From contig JAIRNQ010000352.1 in assembly GCA_031257955.1 (NCBI GenBank), positions 1 to 51,478 of the forward strand: a stretch of 51,478 nt of DNA. Reading direction: 5' to 3'. Source of the stretch: Deltaproteobacteria bacterium (GTDB lineage Bacteria > Desulfobacterota > Desulfarculia > Adiutricales > Adiutricaceae). Positions 9,789 to 18,146 of this stretch are shown here, piece after piece. Numbering within the stretch: position 1 is the stretch's first letter; the number at the start of each line of letters is the position of its first letter. The translations under genes were made by a program, and so were the position numbers. Under the pieces are notes generated by a model. It was given only the letters and a program-made list of their open reading frames with translations, did no database searches and had not been told where the DNA came from.

Positions 9789-10539
9789 AATACACCCCTT
9801 TCTGAATAAAACTATTGTCAGTAAAGGAGAAATTGACGGAAAACGTCCAATACGAAGGCTCGACAATATCACCCACAAGAAAACTCTTGAATCGCTCGAA
9901 GCCTTTGCGTTGAAGCAATAGTTTTAAGTCAGTGAAAATCACTCGCTTAAATGGGTCGTCACAATTGATATTAGCGATAGATTCAAGAACCTTCTCCCAA
10001 GTTAATAATCCGAACGATACTTTTTTGAGAGACGGAAGTCTGCGTTCACAAACGTCTTTATATATTGAGTAGGCGCTTTTCGCGGGAGCGAGCAATATAA
10101 GAATTGGTCTCAAGTCCTCACTTTTCTCCAGTAGAGTTCTAGCCTCTCGATCCAATTGATTGGCGTTGGTCTTGTTTTCCTCTTCCAGAGCCTTCGCGTA
10201 ATCGGTATCGTCATCGCTGGACAAGCCGCTATCGAGTTTAACCTCAATAAGTATCATTATATCAGCGATTTTGATTATCACGTCAGGTTCGGTAGATTGA
10301 ATACGCGGCCAAAATTCAATGTTTTGTGACCATTCATAAGCGTCAATGGAACTAATGTCAGTATGGATAGTATTATCGTTCTCTCCAGGCATTTCTGTCT
10401 CAAGGAGAATTTTCTTCATACCCTCGTTAAACGGGACATACCGTAGAACCCCGAAAAAATCCCCTGTTAACTGATCTTCAAGCCTGTCATGTAACTTAGC
10501 AGCGTTCTTACTTATTTTTCCATGAAGTTCCGCGATCAT
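9775..10539 (-). CDS. PD-(D/E)xK nuclease-like protein (ORF-A) in a foreign cassette inside the nuo operon
   Basis: 254-aa low-GC ORF. It has an N-terminal acidic helix (LEDQLTGDFFGVLRY), then EPD-x12-IEVK on a hydrophobic strand (IMILIEVK), followed by an NQLDRE helix. This is the classic D...ExK arrangement. Confidence 0.6.
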   Translation of the reverse strand: MIAELHGKISKNAAKLHDRLEDQLTGDFFGVLRYVPFNEGMKKILLETEMPGENDNTIHTDISSIDAYEWSQNIEFWPRIQSTEPDVIIKIADIMILIEVKLDSGLSSDDDTDYAKALEEENKTNANQLDREARTLLEKSEDLRPILILLAPAKSAYSIYKDVCERRLPSLKKVSFGLLTWEKVLESIANINCDDPFKRVIFTDLKLLLQRKGFERFKSFLVGDIVEPSYWTFSVNFSFTDNSFIQKGVYYEFG

Positions 10540-10668
10540 CTTTCTTTCCCAACACTAAGCAATCAACGAAGCTAAGTTAAGTTTGCCCGACCGGTAAACA
10601 CCTCGATCGCTTTTGGCCCTTGCCCAAAAGTCCCCGGGCTGGCGGCCCCGCTTGGGCCCGACGGCCCT

Positions 10669-11217
10669 TTAGGCCGGGGCCTCGCCGGTGACCGGCGCGG
10701 CAAGGACTTGGTTGCCTTCGCCTTCGGCCTCGGCCTCGGCCTTGGGTTGGGGCGGATTGGGGGCCCTGGCCAACAGATCGGCCAGAAGGTCCAGGTGGAG
10801 CGCTTCCCGGCTGGGGGCGACCAGGTAAACCTTATGGGAGAACCTGATGGCCCCGGTTGGGCAGGATTCCACGCAGGCGGCGCACAAGCAGCAGAGGGTG
10901 AAATCGTAGAGATAGACCTTGGGGGCCTTGCCCTTATCGCCTTTGGTCACCGTCAGGCAGTGTCCCGGACAAGCCCGCACGCACATCTGACAAGAGATAC
11001 ACTTGCTTTGGCCGGTATCGTCGGCCGGGACCAGCTCCAGTGGGCCCCGGTAGGACTTGAGGCATTCGGGGTCGTCCACCTGTCTGGGGTAATGGGTGGT
11101 CTTTTGCGGGCTGACGAAAAATCGCCCGGTGATGGAAAGGCCAACCAAAAGACTGTAGAGGCCCTTTAAGTTGTCGATAATCGCCTTAATCATTGGATAC
11201 CGTCCGTTAGCAACCAT
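10669..11217 (-). CDS. nuoI: NADH-quinone oxidoreductase subunit I (2x[4Fe-4S])
   Basis: Two ferredoxin Cys motifs (CISCQMCVRACP and CCLCAACVESCP). Alternative start at 11193 (MIKAII...). Ala/Glu/Pro-rich C-terminal tail. Confidence 0.85.
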   Translation of the reverse strand: MVANGRYPMIKAIIDNLKGLYSLLVGLSITGRFFVSPQKTTHYPRQVDDPECLKSYRGPLELVPADDTGQSKCISCQMCVRACPGHCLTVTKGDKGKAPKVYLYDFTLCCLCAACVESCPTGAIRFSHKVYLVAPSREALHLDLLADLLARAPNPPQPKAEAEAEGEGNQVLAAPVTGEAPA

Positions 11218-11258
11218 CCATTAACAATCGTCCGATAACAACCGTCCGATTGACTCTA

Positions 11259-11320
11259 GCCAAGCCCGCCCGGAGGGGGCCAAGCCCACCCGGAGGGGGG
11301 CAAAGCCAGCCGGAGGGGGG
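11259..11320. repeat. 3 tandem ~21-nt GC-rich units in the nuoI-nuoH spacer
   Basis: GCCAAGCCCGCCCGGAGGGGG / CCAAGCCCACCCGGAGGGGGG / CAAAGCCAGCCGGAGGGGGG read directly. Confidence 0.85.
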
Positions 11321-11322
11321 TC

Positions 11323-12306
11323 TCATTCGATAAACTTTAAGACTATGGCCGTGACCCAGAGGTTTAGGATCGACAGGGGCAGCAGCCACTTCCAGTTAAT
11401 GTTCAAGAGTTGGTCGAAGCGCACCCTGGGGAAGGTCCAGCGAAGCCAAACGATGAGGCACATTACGGCGTAAGCCTTAATGAAGGTCCACCAGAAACCG
11501 TCAAGGATAGGCCCTTTGTAGCCGCCCAGGAAGAAAGTGGCGCAAACAAAGGAGACCAGAAGCATGTTGGCGTACTCGGAGAGGAAAAACAGGGCAAAGC
11601 CCATGCCCGAATACTCGGTGTGGAAGCCGGCCGTCAGCTCGCTTTCGGCCTCGGGCAGATCGAAGGGGGCCCGGTTGGTCTCGCCCACGAGACTGACGAA
11701 ATATATGAAGCAGGCCAGGGGCTGGAAAACTATGTTCCACTGCCAGGGCCAGGTGCCTTGGCGTTCGACGATCTCGGAAAGGTTAAGCGATCCGGCCATA
11801 AACACCACGGCCAGGAGGGCCATGATCATGGGGATTTCGTAGGCCACCGACTGGGCCACGGCCCTGGCCGCCCCCAGGAGACCGTATTTGTTGTTGGAAG
11901 CCCATCCGGCCAGTATGTTGGAGATGACCCCGAGGCCGGCGAAGGCCAGTATTAACAGAATGCCGTCGTCAACCTTCAAGGCGACCAGATATTTACCGAA
12001 GGGGATGGGGAGAAAGAGGAGCAGCACCGGGAGAAAGGCCATGACCGGGGCCAGGAAGTACAAAAGCCAGTCGACGTTTCCGGGTATGAAAAGCTGCTTG
12101 CCCAAGAGCTTCATGGAGTCGCAGATGGCCTGTATGGTCCCTCTGGGGCCAACCTCGTAGGGACCCGGCCGGCGTTGGATGAAACCGGCGGCCTTTCGCT
12201 CGATGTAGACCATTATCACCGCGTTGCCGACCATCAGGGCGATGATCAGAAGGCAGGCGATGACGATTTGGACGAAATTGGCAATCGTAAGTTCCATTGT
12301 CCCCAC
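11323..12306 (-). CDS. nuoH: NADH-quinone oxidoreductase subunit H
   Basis: 327-aa membrane ORF. Motifs VYIERKAAGFIQRRPGP, GETNRAPFDLPEAESELTAGFHTEYSGM and FFLSEYANM are hallmark NuoH/ND1 sequences. Confidence 0.9.
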   Translation of the reverse strand: MGTMELTIANFVQIVIACLLIIALMVGNAVIMVYIERKAAGFIQRRPGPYEVGPRGTIQAICDSMKLLGKQLFIPGNVDWLLYFLAPVMAFLPVLLLFLPIPFGKYLVALKVDDGILLILAFAGLGVISNILAGWASNNKYGLLGAARAVAQSVAYEIPMIMALLAVVFMAGSLNLSEIVERQGTWPWQWNIVFQPLACFIYFVSLVGETNRAPFDLPEAESELTAGFHTEYSGMGFALFFLSEYANMLLVSFVCATFFLGGYKGPILDGFWWTFIKAYAVMCLIVWLRWTFPRVRFDQLLNINWKWLLPLSILNLWVTAIVLKFIE

Positions 12307-12327
12307 ATCCCTTTGGCCTGGGCCTGA

Positions 12328-12430
12328 GGCCCCCGGCCGTCCCTACGGTCTTATGGCCCGTGGCTACGGGCCCCCCGGCCGTCCCTACGGTCTTATGGCC
12401 CTACGGCCCACGGTTACGGGCCTACCGGGC
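12328..12430. repeat. direct repeats in the nuoD-nuoH spacer
   Basis: CCCCCGGCCGTCCCTACGGTCTTATGGCCC occurs twice (about 12330..12359 and 12372..12401, period ~42), with extra CTACGG/TACGGGCC sub-repeats. Confidence 0.85.
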
Positions 12431-12442
12431 TTCCTTCGTTCT

Positions 12443-13636
12443 TTAGCGGTCCACCTCGGGGATGACCAGATCCAGGCTACCCAGGATGGCTATGGCGTCG
12501 GCCAAGAGGGTCCCCTTGGCCGCCTCGGCGAAGAGCGAGAGGTTGGAAAAACCCGGGGCTCTCAGCTTTATCCGGTAAGGCCTCGTCCCGCCGTCGCTGA
12601 CCAGGTGGCAACCGACTTGGCCCCTGGCCCCTTCCACGGCAAAATAAGTCTCCCCGGCCGGAAGCTTGTAGTTGGCCTTGGGGGCTTTGTCGATACGGAT
12701 AGCTCCGGCCGGCAGTTCCTTTATGGCCTGTTCCACAATCGTGAGGCTCTCCTCGACCTCGGCCAACCGGACCAGGTAGCGGCCGAAAGAATCGTTGGTG
12801 GGCCCGGAGGGGATATCGAAGTCGAATTTCTTGTAGATGCCGTAGGGGATGTCCCGGCGGGTGTCGCTGGCCACCCCGGCCGCCCTCAGTATGGGCCCGG
12901 TGGCCCCATAGCGCTGGCAAATGTCCACGCCCATGGGACCGACGCCCTCCAGGCGCCTCCGTAAAATGATATTGTCGGTGACCAGGGCCTTGTACATCTT
13001 CAGGCGCTCCCGCAGGTAGGGAACAAACTCCTTGGTCAGCCGCAAGAACCTCTCGTCGACGTCGGTGGATACCCCGCCGAAGCGGAAGTAGCTCAGGGTC
13101 AGCCGGGAACCGGTGACGATCTGGAGGATATCGTTTATCTTTTCCCTTTCCTCGAAGGCGTACAGGATGGGGGTGACCCCGCCCAGATCCATGACGAAGG
13201 CCCCCCACCACATAAGGTGTGAGGCGATCCGGTTCAGCTCGCAGCTAATGACCCTAAGGTATTCGGCCCTCTCGGGGACCTCGATGCCGCCCAGACGCTC
13301 GACCGCCCCCACGTAAGCCCAGTTCCAGGCGATGGGGTGAAGGTAATCGACCCGGCCCATGTTGGGGATGAACTGCCAGGGGGTCTTCACCTCGCCCATT
13401 TTTTCGTGCATGCGGTGCAGGTAGCCCAACACCGGCTCGGCCCTAATGACGTATTCGCCGTCCAATTCCACGACTATCCTCAGAACCCCGTGGGTGGAGG
13501 GGTGCTGGGGACCCAAATTCAGGATGACCGTGCCGGGTTTGGCCTTTCGGCTAAAATTTTCGGTATAAAAGTCGCCGGTGAAAGTACCGGGATCCTCCCG
13601 AACGCCGAAGGGGTTTATGAAGTTGAGGCCGCTCAT
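12443..13636 (-). CDS. nuoD: NADH-quinone oxidoreductase subunit D
   Basis: 397-aa ORF. NLGPQHPSTHGVLR near the N-terminus and a C-terminal ...LGSLDLVIPEVDR are typical NuoD / [NiFe]-large-subunit-like features. Confidence 0.9.
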   Translation of the reverse strand: MSGLNFINPFGVREDPGTFTGDFYTENFSRKAKPGTVILNLGPQHPSTHGVLRIVVELDGEYVIRAEPVLGYLHRMHEKMGEVKTPWQFIPNMGRVDYLHPIAWNWAYVGAVERLGGIEVPERAEYLRVISCELNRIASHLMWWGAFVMDLGGVTPILYAFEEREKINDILQIVTGSRLTLSYFRFGGVSTDVDERFLRLTKEFVPYLRERLKMYKALVTDNIILRRRLEGVGPMGVDICQRYGATGPILRAAGVASDTRRDIPYGIYKKFDFDIPSGPTNDSFGRYLVRLAEVEESLTIVEQAIKELPAGAIRIDKAPKANYKLPAGETYFAVEGARGQVGCHLVSDGGTRPYRIKLRAPGFSNLSLFAEAAKGTLLADAIAILGSLDLVIPEVDR

Positions 13637-13743
13637 GACGATTCACCAACCGTTGTTCCGGGCGCCTTTGGGCGCCCGCTTCCGCGGGCCCTTGGGCACG
13701 CGATCCAATATATTCGCCTGTCTCTAGTCTCTCTCAGACGCGG

Positions 13744-14304
13744 CTAAGCTCCGGCGCCGTCGCCGGCGCCCGGCTTGTCCGGGGCGGGCGGGTTAACCAG
13801 GGCCTCCCAGGACGGGTCCAGGACGTCGGCCTGGCCGAAAAGCCCCAGCGCCGAGAGGGCGGCCAAGTCCTTGGGGTCTTTCCTAAGCGGCGGCGGACCG
13901 TCGAAATCGGCCGGCAGTATGAGGGGCACGGGGTTGGGGTTGCCGAAAAAGATCAGCCCATAAAAATCGGCGCTTTCCCGCTCGTGCCACTCCGCCCCCT
14001 CAAAGATCCCATATAAACTGGGCACTTCCGGCATTTCTTCCGTGGCCAGCACCCGCAGGGCCAGCCGGCCGGGTTCCCTAAAGGAGTCGAAGTGGTAGGT
14101 GACCAAAAACCCTTCCTTGGCCTCCAATACCGACAGATCCAGAAGAGCGTAGCCGTCGTCCTTAAGGCCCCGGGCCAGTTTTGTCAATATTCCGGCCGGG
14201 ATGGTTGCCGACAGGACCAAGCCGTCCCGCTTAAAATCGTGCCGCGAGACGACGAGGGCCCCGGCTTCCCTGAAGCGGCTGTCGAGATTTTCGATGGCGG
14301 TCAT
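13744..14304 (-). CDS. nuoC: NADH-quinone oxidoreductase subunit C
   Basis: NuoC-like ...FEGAEWHERESADFYGLIF... motif. The start is taken at ATG 14304, preceded by GGGGAG; the longest ORF starts at 14337. Confidence 0.8.
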   Translation of the reverse strand: MTAIENLDSRFREAGALVVSRHDFKRDGLVLSATIPAGILTKLARGLKDDGYALLDLSVLEAKEGFLVTYHFDSFREPGRLALRVLATEEMPEVPSLYGIFEGAEWHERESADFYGLIFFGNPNPVPLILPADFDGPPPLRKDPKDLAALSALGLFGQADVLDPSWEALVNPPAPDKPGAGDGAGA

Positions 14305-14418
14305 ATGGCTCCCCGAAAAACAATATCGCGGTCCCATCCGGGACCCGGGCCTTGGCCTTTAGGGCGTTGGTTATGGTCTTTAGTCTTTGGGCTCGGCCCG
14401 CGGCCCGGGTCCCAGACC

Positions 14419-14445
14419 CGGTCCGGGCAAGTCGGTCCGGGCAAG
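14419..14445. repeat. tandem 13-mer in the nuoB-nuoC spacer
   Basis: CGGTCCGGGCAAG at 14419..14431 and 14433..14445. Confidence 0.8.
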
Positions 14446-14458
14446 CCGGAAAGGGGAC

Positions 14459-15064
14459 TTAAGCTTTGGCCGACTCGGCCTTGTCGGGCGCGGCTTTGGG
14501 TTTCTTGGGCTCGGCCAAGGGCGAGGGGATTTCTTCGGGCCGGGGCCAAAAACGTATCCCCAGGATCTTCTCCTGGATGGCGAAGACGCCTTCCAGTATG
14601 GCCTCGGGCCTGGGCGGGCAGCCGGGCACGTAGACGTCCACGGGCACTAGATTGTCCACGCCCTCGACGATGCCGTACTGGTTTTCGAATTTAAAGGGCC
14701 CGCCGGATATGGCGCAGTTGCCGCAAGCCATGACGTACTTGGGGGCCGGCATCTGTTCGTAGAGCCTGACCAAGGCCGGGGCCATTTTTTTGGAGACCGT
14801 CCCGGTGACCATCATCAGATCGGCCTGACGGGCCGAGGGGCGGAAGACCTCGGCCCCAAACCTGGCGATGTCGAAGCGGGCCATGCTGACCGACATCATT
14901 TCAATGGCGCAACAGGCCAACCCGAAGGTGATCGGCCAGATGGACATGGCCCGGTTGACGTCAAAGAAGAAATTTAAGGGCTTAAGGTTAATTATCGGCG
15001 GAAGGATCTCCGCTTTGGTAATGGGCTTGCGTTCGGTGCCCTCTTCCCGCTCCGTTGCGGCCAT
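14459..15064 (-). CDS. nuoB: NADH-quinone oxidoreductase subunit B (N2 cluster)
   Basis: [11 protein letters not shown], ...[13 protein letters not shown]... and [12 protein letters not shown] motifs. Lys/Pro/Ala-rich C-terminal tail. Confidence 0.9.
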   Translation of the reverse strand: MAATEREEGTERKPITKAEILPPIINLKPLNFFFDVNRAMSIWPITFGLACCAIEMMSVSMARFDIARFGAEVFRPSARQADLMMVTGTVSKKMAPALVRLYEQMPAPKYVMACGNCAISGGPFKFENQYGIVEGVDNLVPVDVYVPGCPPRPEAILEGVFAIQEKILGIRFWPRPEEIPSPLAEPKKPKAAPDKAESAKA

Positions 15065-15203
15065 ATAAATCTCCCTAGGTTTTGGGCCGGCCTCCGGGCC
15101 CTTTTGGTCCCGTGGGCCTTTGTCCCTGGCCCCTTGGCCAGACGGCGACCCTAAGTGCCACGCTTCGGCGTCCCTCTGGGCCTTGGGCCCCGGGACGCCG
15201 GTC

Positions 15204-15584
15204 TCAGCTTTGGATTCGGCGGGGCCAGGCGAAGACTCCCTTGGCCTTGAAATAAACTATGGCCAAAAGAACGAAGAAAAGAAAGAAAGTCAGCTCGGCC
15301 AGGGGCAGCCAGCCGGGGATGAAACGGTAACTCACCCCGACCGGGTACAGATAGAGAATATCAACGTCAAAGGCCAAAAATATAAGGGCATATATATGAT
15401 AATTAAAGGCAAAATGATCCCAAGCCTGGCCGTAAGGCTTAACGCCGCATTCATATGGCATCTTAAAGTCCCCACCGCGGGCGCGGGGGGCTATGAGAAG
15501 GGCAATGGCGAGGGGGGAAGCGGCGAAGATGGCGGCGGCCACCAAAAAAACGATGATGGCCAAATGGAGGGAGTTAAATATCAT
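15204..15584 (-). CDS. nuoA: NADH-quinone oxidoreductase subunit A
   Basis: 126-aa three-helix ORF, first gene of the operon, with YECG and [13 protein letters not shown] motifs typical of NuoA/ND3. Confidence 0.85.
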   Translation of the reverse strand: MIFNSLHLAIIVFLVAAAIFAASPLAIALLIAPRARGGDFKMPYECGVKPYGQAWDHFAFNYHIYALIFLAFDVDILYLYPVGVSYRFIPGWLPLAELTFFLFFVLLAIVYFKAKGVFAWPRRIQS

Positions 15585-16175
15585 GGTTGCCCCTAAGTTC
15601 CCGGCTTCAGCCGAAAGGGAAATTGGGTGGGAATGGGCCTAAGATTAGGCGGGGGCCCATGTTGGCCGGGCGGAAGAGACCTCCGCCCGCCTTGGTCGTT
15701 GGGGCCAAGGCTAAGGCCAAATCAAAGCGATAGTCGGATACGCCCTTCCGAAAACCGAATCAAGGCCTTCTGGCCGAAATCCTTCGTTTCCGGGTCGCGT
15801 CCCGAACCGTCGCACCCTTAACAGAGCCATTCCCGATGGGTTTTCTAAACCCTATCCTGCGATTGGTCAATAGCTGCAAATTATTTTGTTGAAATATTAA
15901 ACATTTATGCTTTTTGGAAGCCAAAAAGACTCAAAAGGAACCCATAAAGCGATCAGTGGATTTTTTTAGAAAAAACGAATAGTTAAACGGTCAGCAGAGC
16001 AATACCCGTTCCCGGGTCGGCACCAGCCGTTCCGGCCCCGTCCTTGGGGCCGGTTCGCTCCCCCGTTTCCACCCGGTTTCCCGGGTGGTCCTCCGGGCGC
16101 ACCCCTCCCCTCCTGACGTAGGCCTTCGATTCGTGCCGCCAGCTCTCCAGCGATAAGTTTAATTGGTTGGTCTAG

Positions 16176-16204
16176 ACTATAGTATAGCCAAAATATTTTG
16201 TCAA
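16176..16204 (-). promoter_or_regulatory. candidate sigma70-type promoter reading toward nuoA
   Basis: Minus strand reads TTGACA (16204..16199), a 17-nt spacer, then TATAGT (16181..16176). It lies ~600 nt upstream of the nuoA start, ahead of a GC-rich hairpin-rich segment. Confidence 0.35.
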
Positions 16205-16776
16205 GATATTTTTTATTTCTCAAGATATCTAGATGAGTTATTCATCGCTCTAGATAATTTTGTCAAAATTTATTGACTAAACTTAGAACATTGGCCATAT
16301 TTAGACAGTCTTTAGGGTCACAGTTTCCGCGGCTAACCTCCCTTACCAAGGGCGAAAAATGCTCAAGCCAAATTAATTTTCCCAATAATTCAGGCCCGTT
16401 AAACGCCTATCCTTCAAATGGCCCATGTCTCCCCCTTAAAACCCCCAAGGTCCCCCTAGGGGCTCCCCGGCCACTCTTCCCACGATATCTTGTGATATTT
16501 ATACTAAAATTGCCTTACTGCCCCCAGCTCTCCTCACCTCTCGACAGGCCGGGTTAAGGCCCCAAGGTGGCCTTGGCCCCCGGGTCGCTTTTGGGCCATA
16601 CCAGCGCGCGCCTATCGATTCCTACCTGTTCATACCTATTACAACCTATTTTATGTTATATCGGGTCGTTCAGGCCTTTTTATCGATGGCCGGTCCAATA
16701 AAGGCCCTTCGCGTCCTTTAGGCGCTCTTGGCCGTCCGTCTCGGGTCTAGCCCATGTTTAAGACATAGCTTTACGC

Positions 16777-16819
16777 AAAAAAAAATGGCCGATTAGCCAA
16801 CTGACTCGGCTAATCGGCC
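16777..16819 (-). terminator. intrinsic terminator downstream of the transposase gene
   Basis: Perfect 12-bp stem GGCCGATTAGCC / GGCTAATCGGCC with a 9-nt loop, followed on the minus strand by a run of 9 T. Confidence 0.6.
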
Positions 16820-16860
16820 TACTTCGGAGGGGGAGGCTCCTAGGCGGGAATGAGGAAGGC

Positions 16861-18072
16861 CTACATGGAGACGGACTTTGGGTTTTGCTCAAAGGCCGCT
16901 GACAAGCGGAAGGGCCCGAAGGATTCGGGATTGATGGTGAAGTTCCAGTCCCCATGGAACTCCGACGGGAGAAGTTGCAGGCCCCGCTCATCCTCCGCTG
17001 AGCGCGCTTGGGGCTGGAAGTGGCTATGGTCTAGCCTGAGACCCAGGGCCATGGTTCTGGCGTCTTCGGGGGGGTTAAGCAATTTGGCCGAAATCTCGTA
17101 ATCCCTTTCGGATTCGCCTTTCCAATGCGACGAGATGAAGGAAAAGAGCCTCTGGCAAGGCCTGTTCCATTTTGAGGTGCCGGGAGGGAAGCGGCAGAAC
17201 TCCACCGGAAGCCCCAGGGTGTTGGAGAGCTTTTGGAGCTCCGCCTTCCAGGAGAACTTCTGGGAGCAGCCGCAGCCGTCGGCGGTGACGAAAAGACAGT
17301 TGGCTTCGGGGTACAGTTCTTGCCCTTCTACCAGCCACCAACCCAGTAGGGAGTCAGCGGTGAAGCTGGGCGCTTCCATGGCCGTTTCGACGTTCACGCT
17401 CTCCCTGGCCAGCAAGGGATCGTAGACGCCGGTCGGGTATTCCCCGGCCAGGACGCGGTCGATGCCGCCGTTCCTGTTTAGGCCGTAGTCCCCGGAAACG
17501 AAGAGCGGCTCGCGGCGCCGGGTCTCGACGCTTATGACCGGTTGGTTTTCCTCCAACCGCTCGCTGATCCGGTTTTCCAGGTACTGGAATTGGGCTTGGC
17601 GGTCGGGCTGCAGGCGGTTCTCGTCGTTTCGCCTGGTCCCTTGCAGGTTGTAGCCGTTCTGTCTGAGGATCTGGGCCACCTTCTCGTGGCTGATCCGGTG
17701 ATGGGAAGCGGTCAGTTCCTGGGCCAGTTTTCTGGTGCTTTTGACGGTCCAGAGGATGTTGGGGGCGTCGGTTGGCGCCGACTCCCGCAACAGTTGATCC
17801 AGGCAAGACCAGATGTCCGGGTCAACCCGCTCTACCCGGGGCCGACCCGCCCCCGAGCGGCGGGTTTTACCCGGCGCCAAAGGAGCCTCGTCAAGCTCCT
17901 TAATCCCTTTGGTTATCGTTACCCTGGAAAGCCCGCAGGCCCGGCTAACCATCGATATGCCCCGGCGGCCGATTCTCCTGGCCTCACTGGCGGCCACCAG
18001 TCGCCTCTCCCGTTCACCCAGGTGAGGCCAAACGTTATTAAACATCCGTGACAACGCTATTTCGGTATCCAT
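16861..18072 (-). CDS. ISAzo13-family (Rhodopirellula-type DDE) transposase homologue, diverged
   Basis: 403-aa ORF with an N-terminal HTH region (LGERERRLVAASEARRIGRRGISMVSRACGLSRVTITKGIKEL). FPPGTSKWN...RLFSFISSHWKG and FHGDWNFTINP match my recollection of the ISAzo13 transposase C-terminus. Confidence 0.7.
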   Translation of the reverse strand: MDTEIALSRMFNNVWPHLGERERRLVAASEARRIGRRGISMVSRACGLSRVTITKGIKELDEAPLAPGKTRRSGAGRPRVERVDPDIWSCLDQLLRESAPTDAPNILWTVKSTRKLAQELTASHHRISHEKVAQILRQNGYNLQGTRRNDENRLQPDRQAQFQYLENRISERLEENQPVISVETRRREPLFVSGDYGLNRNGGIDRVLAGEYPTGVYDPLLARESVNVETAMEAPSFTADSLLGWWLVEGQELYPEANCLFVTADGCGCSQKFSWKAELQKLSNTLGLPVEFCRFPPGTSKWNRPCQRLFSFISSHWKGESERDYEISAKLLNPPEDARTMALGLRLDHSHFQPQARSAEDERGLQLLPSEFHGDWNFTINPESFGPFRLSAAFEQNPKSVSM

Positions 18073-18146
18073 TTTTGTCCACCATTGTTTAGGCGCATGC
18101 AGTTCCGGCCAGGCGAGATCCGCGAGTCAGAGGCCGGTGGTAGGAG

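Larger units (their letters stand above)
16777..18146 (-). mobile_element. IS element or IS remnant (ISAzo13 family); ends not determined
   Basis: The transposase gene sits between the nuo upstream region and the flavodoxin stop (18147). I could not identify convincing terminal inverted repeats by eye, so the bounds are approximate. Confidence 0.35.

Noticed and set aside
16090-16160. Resemblance of GGAGAG...CACGAATCGAAGG...GTCAGGAGGGGAGG (minus strand) to glycine-riboswitch core motifs.
   Set aside because: The matches are short and out of register with the GGAGAG / CACCGAAGGGGCAA / CUCAGGCAAAAGGAC pattern. A glycine switch in front of nuo also has no rationale. It is kept only as a generic structured-leader candidate.
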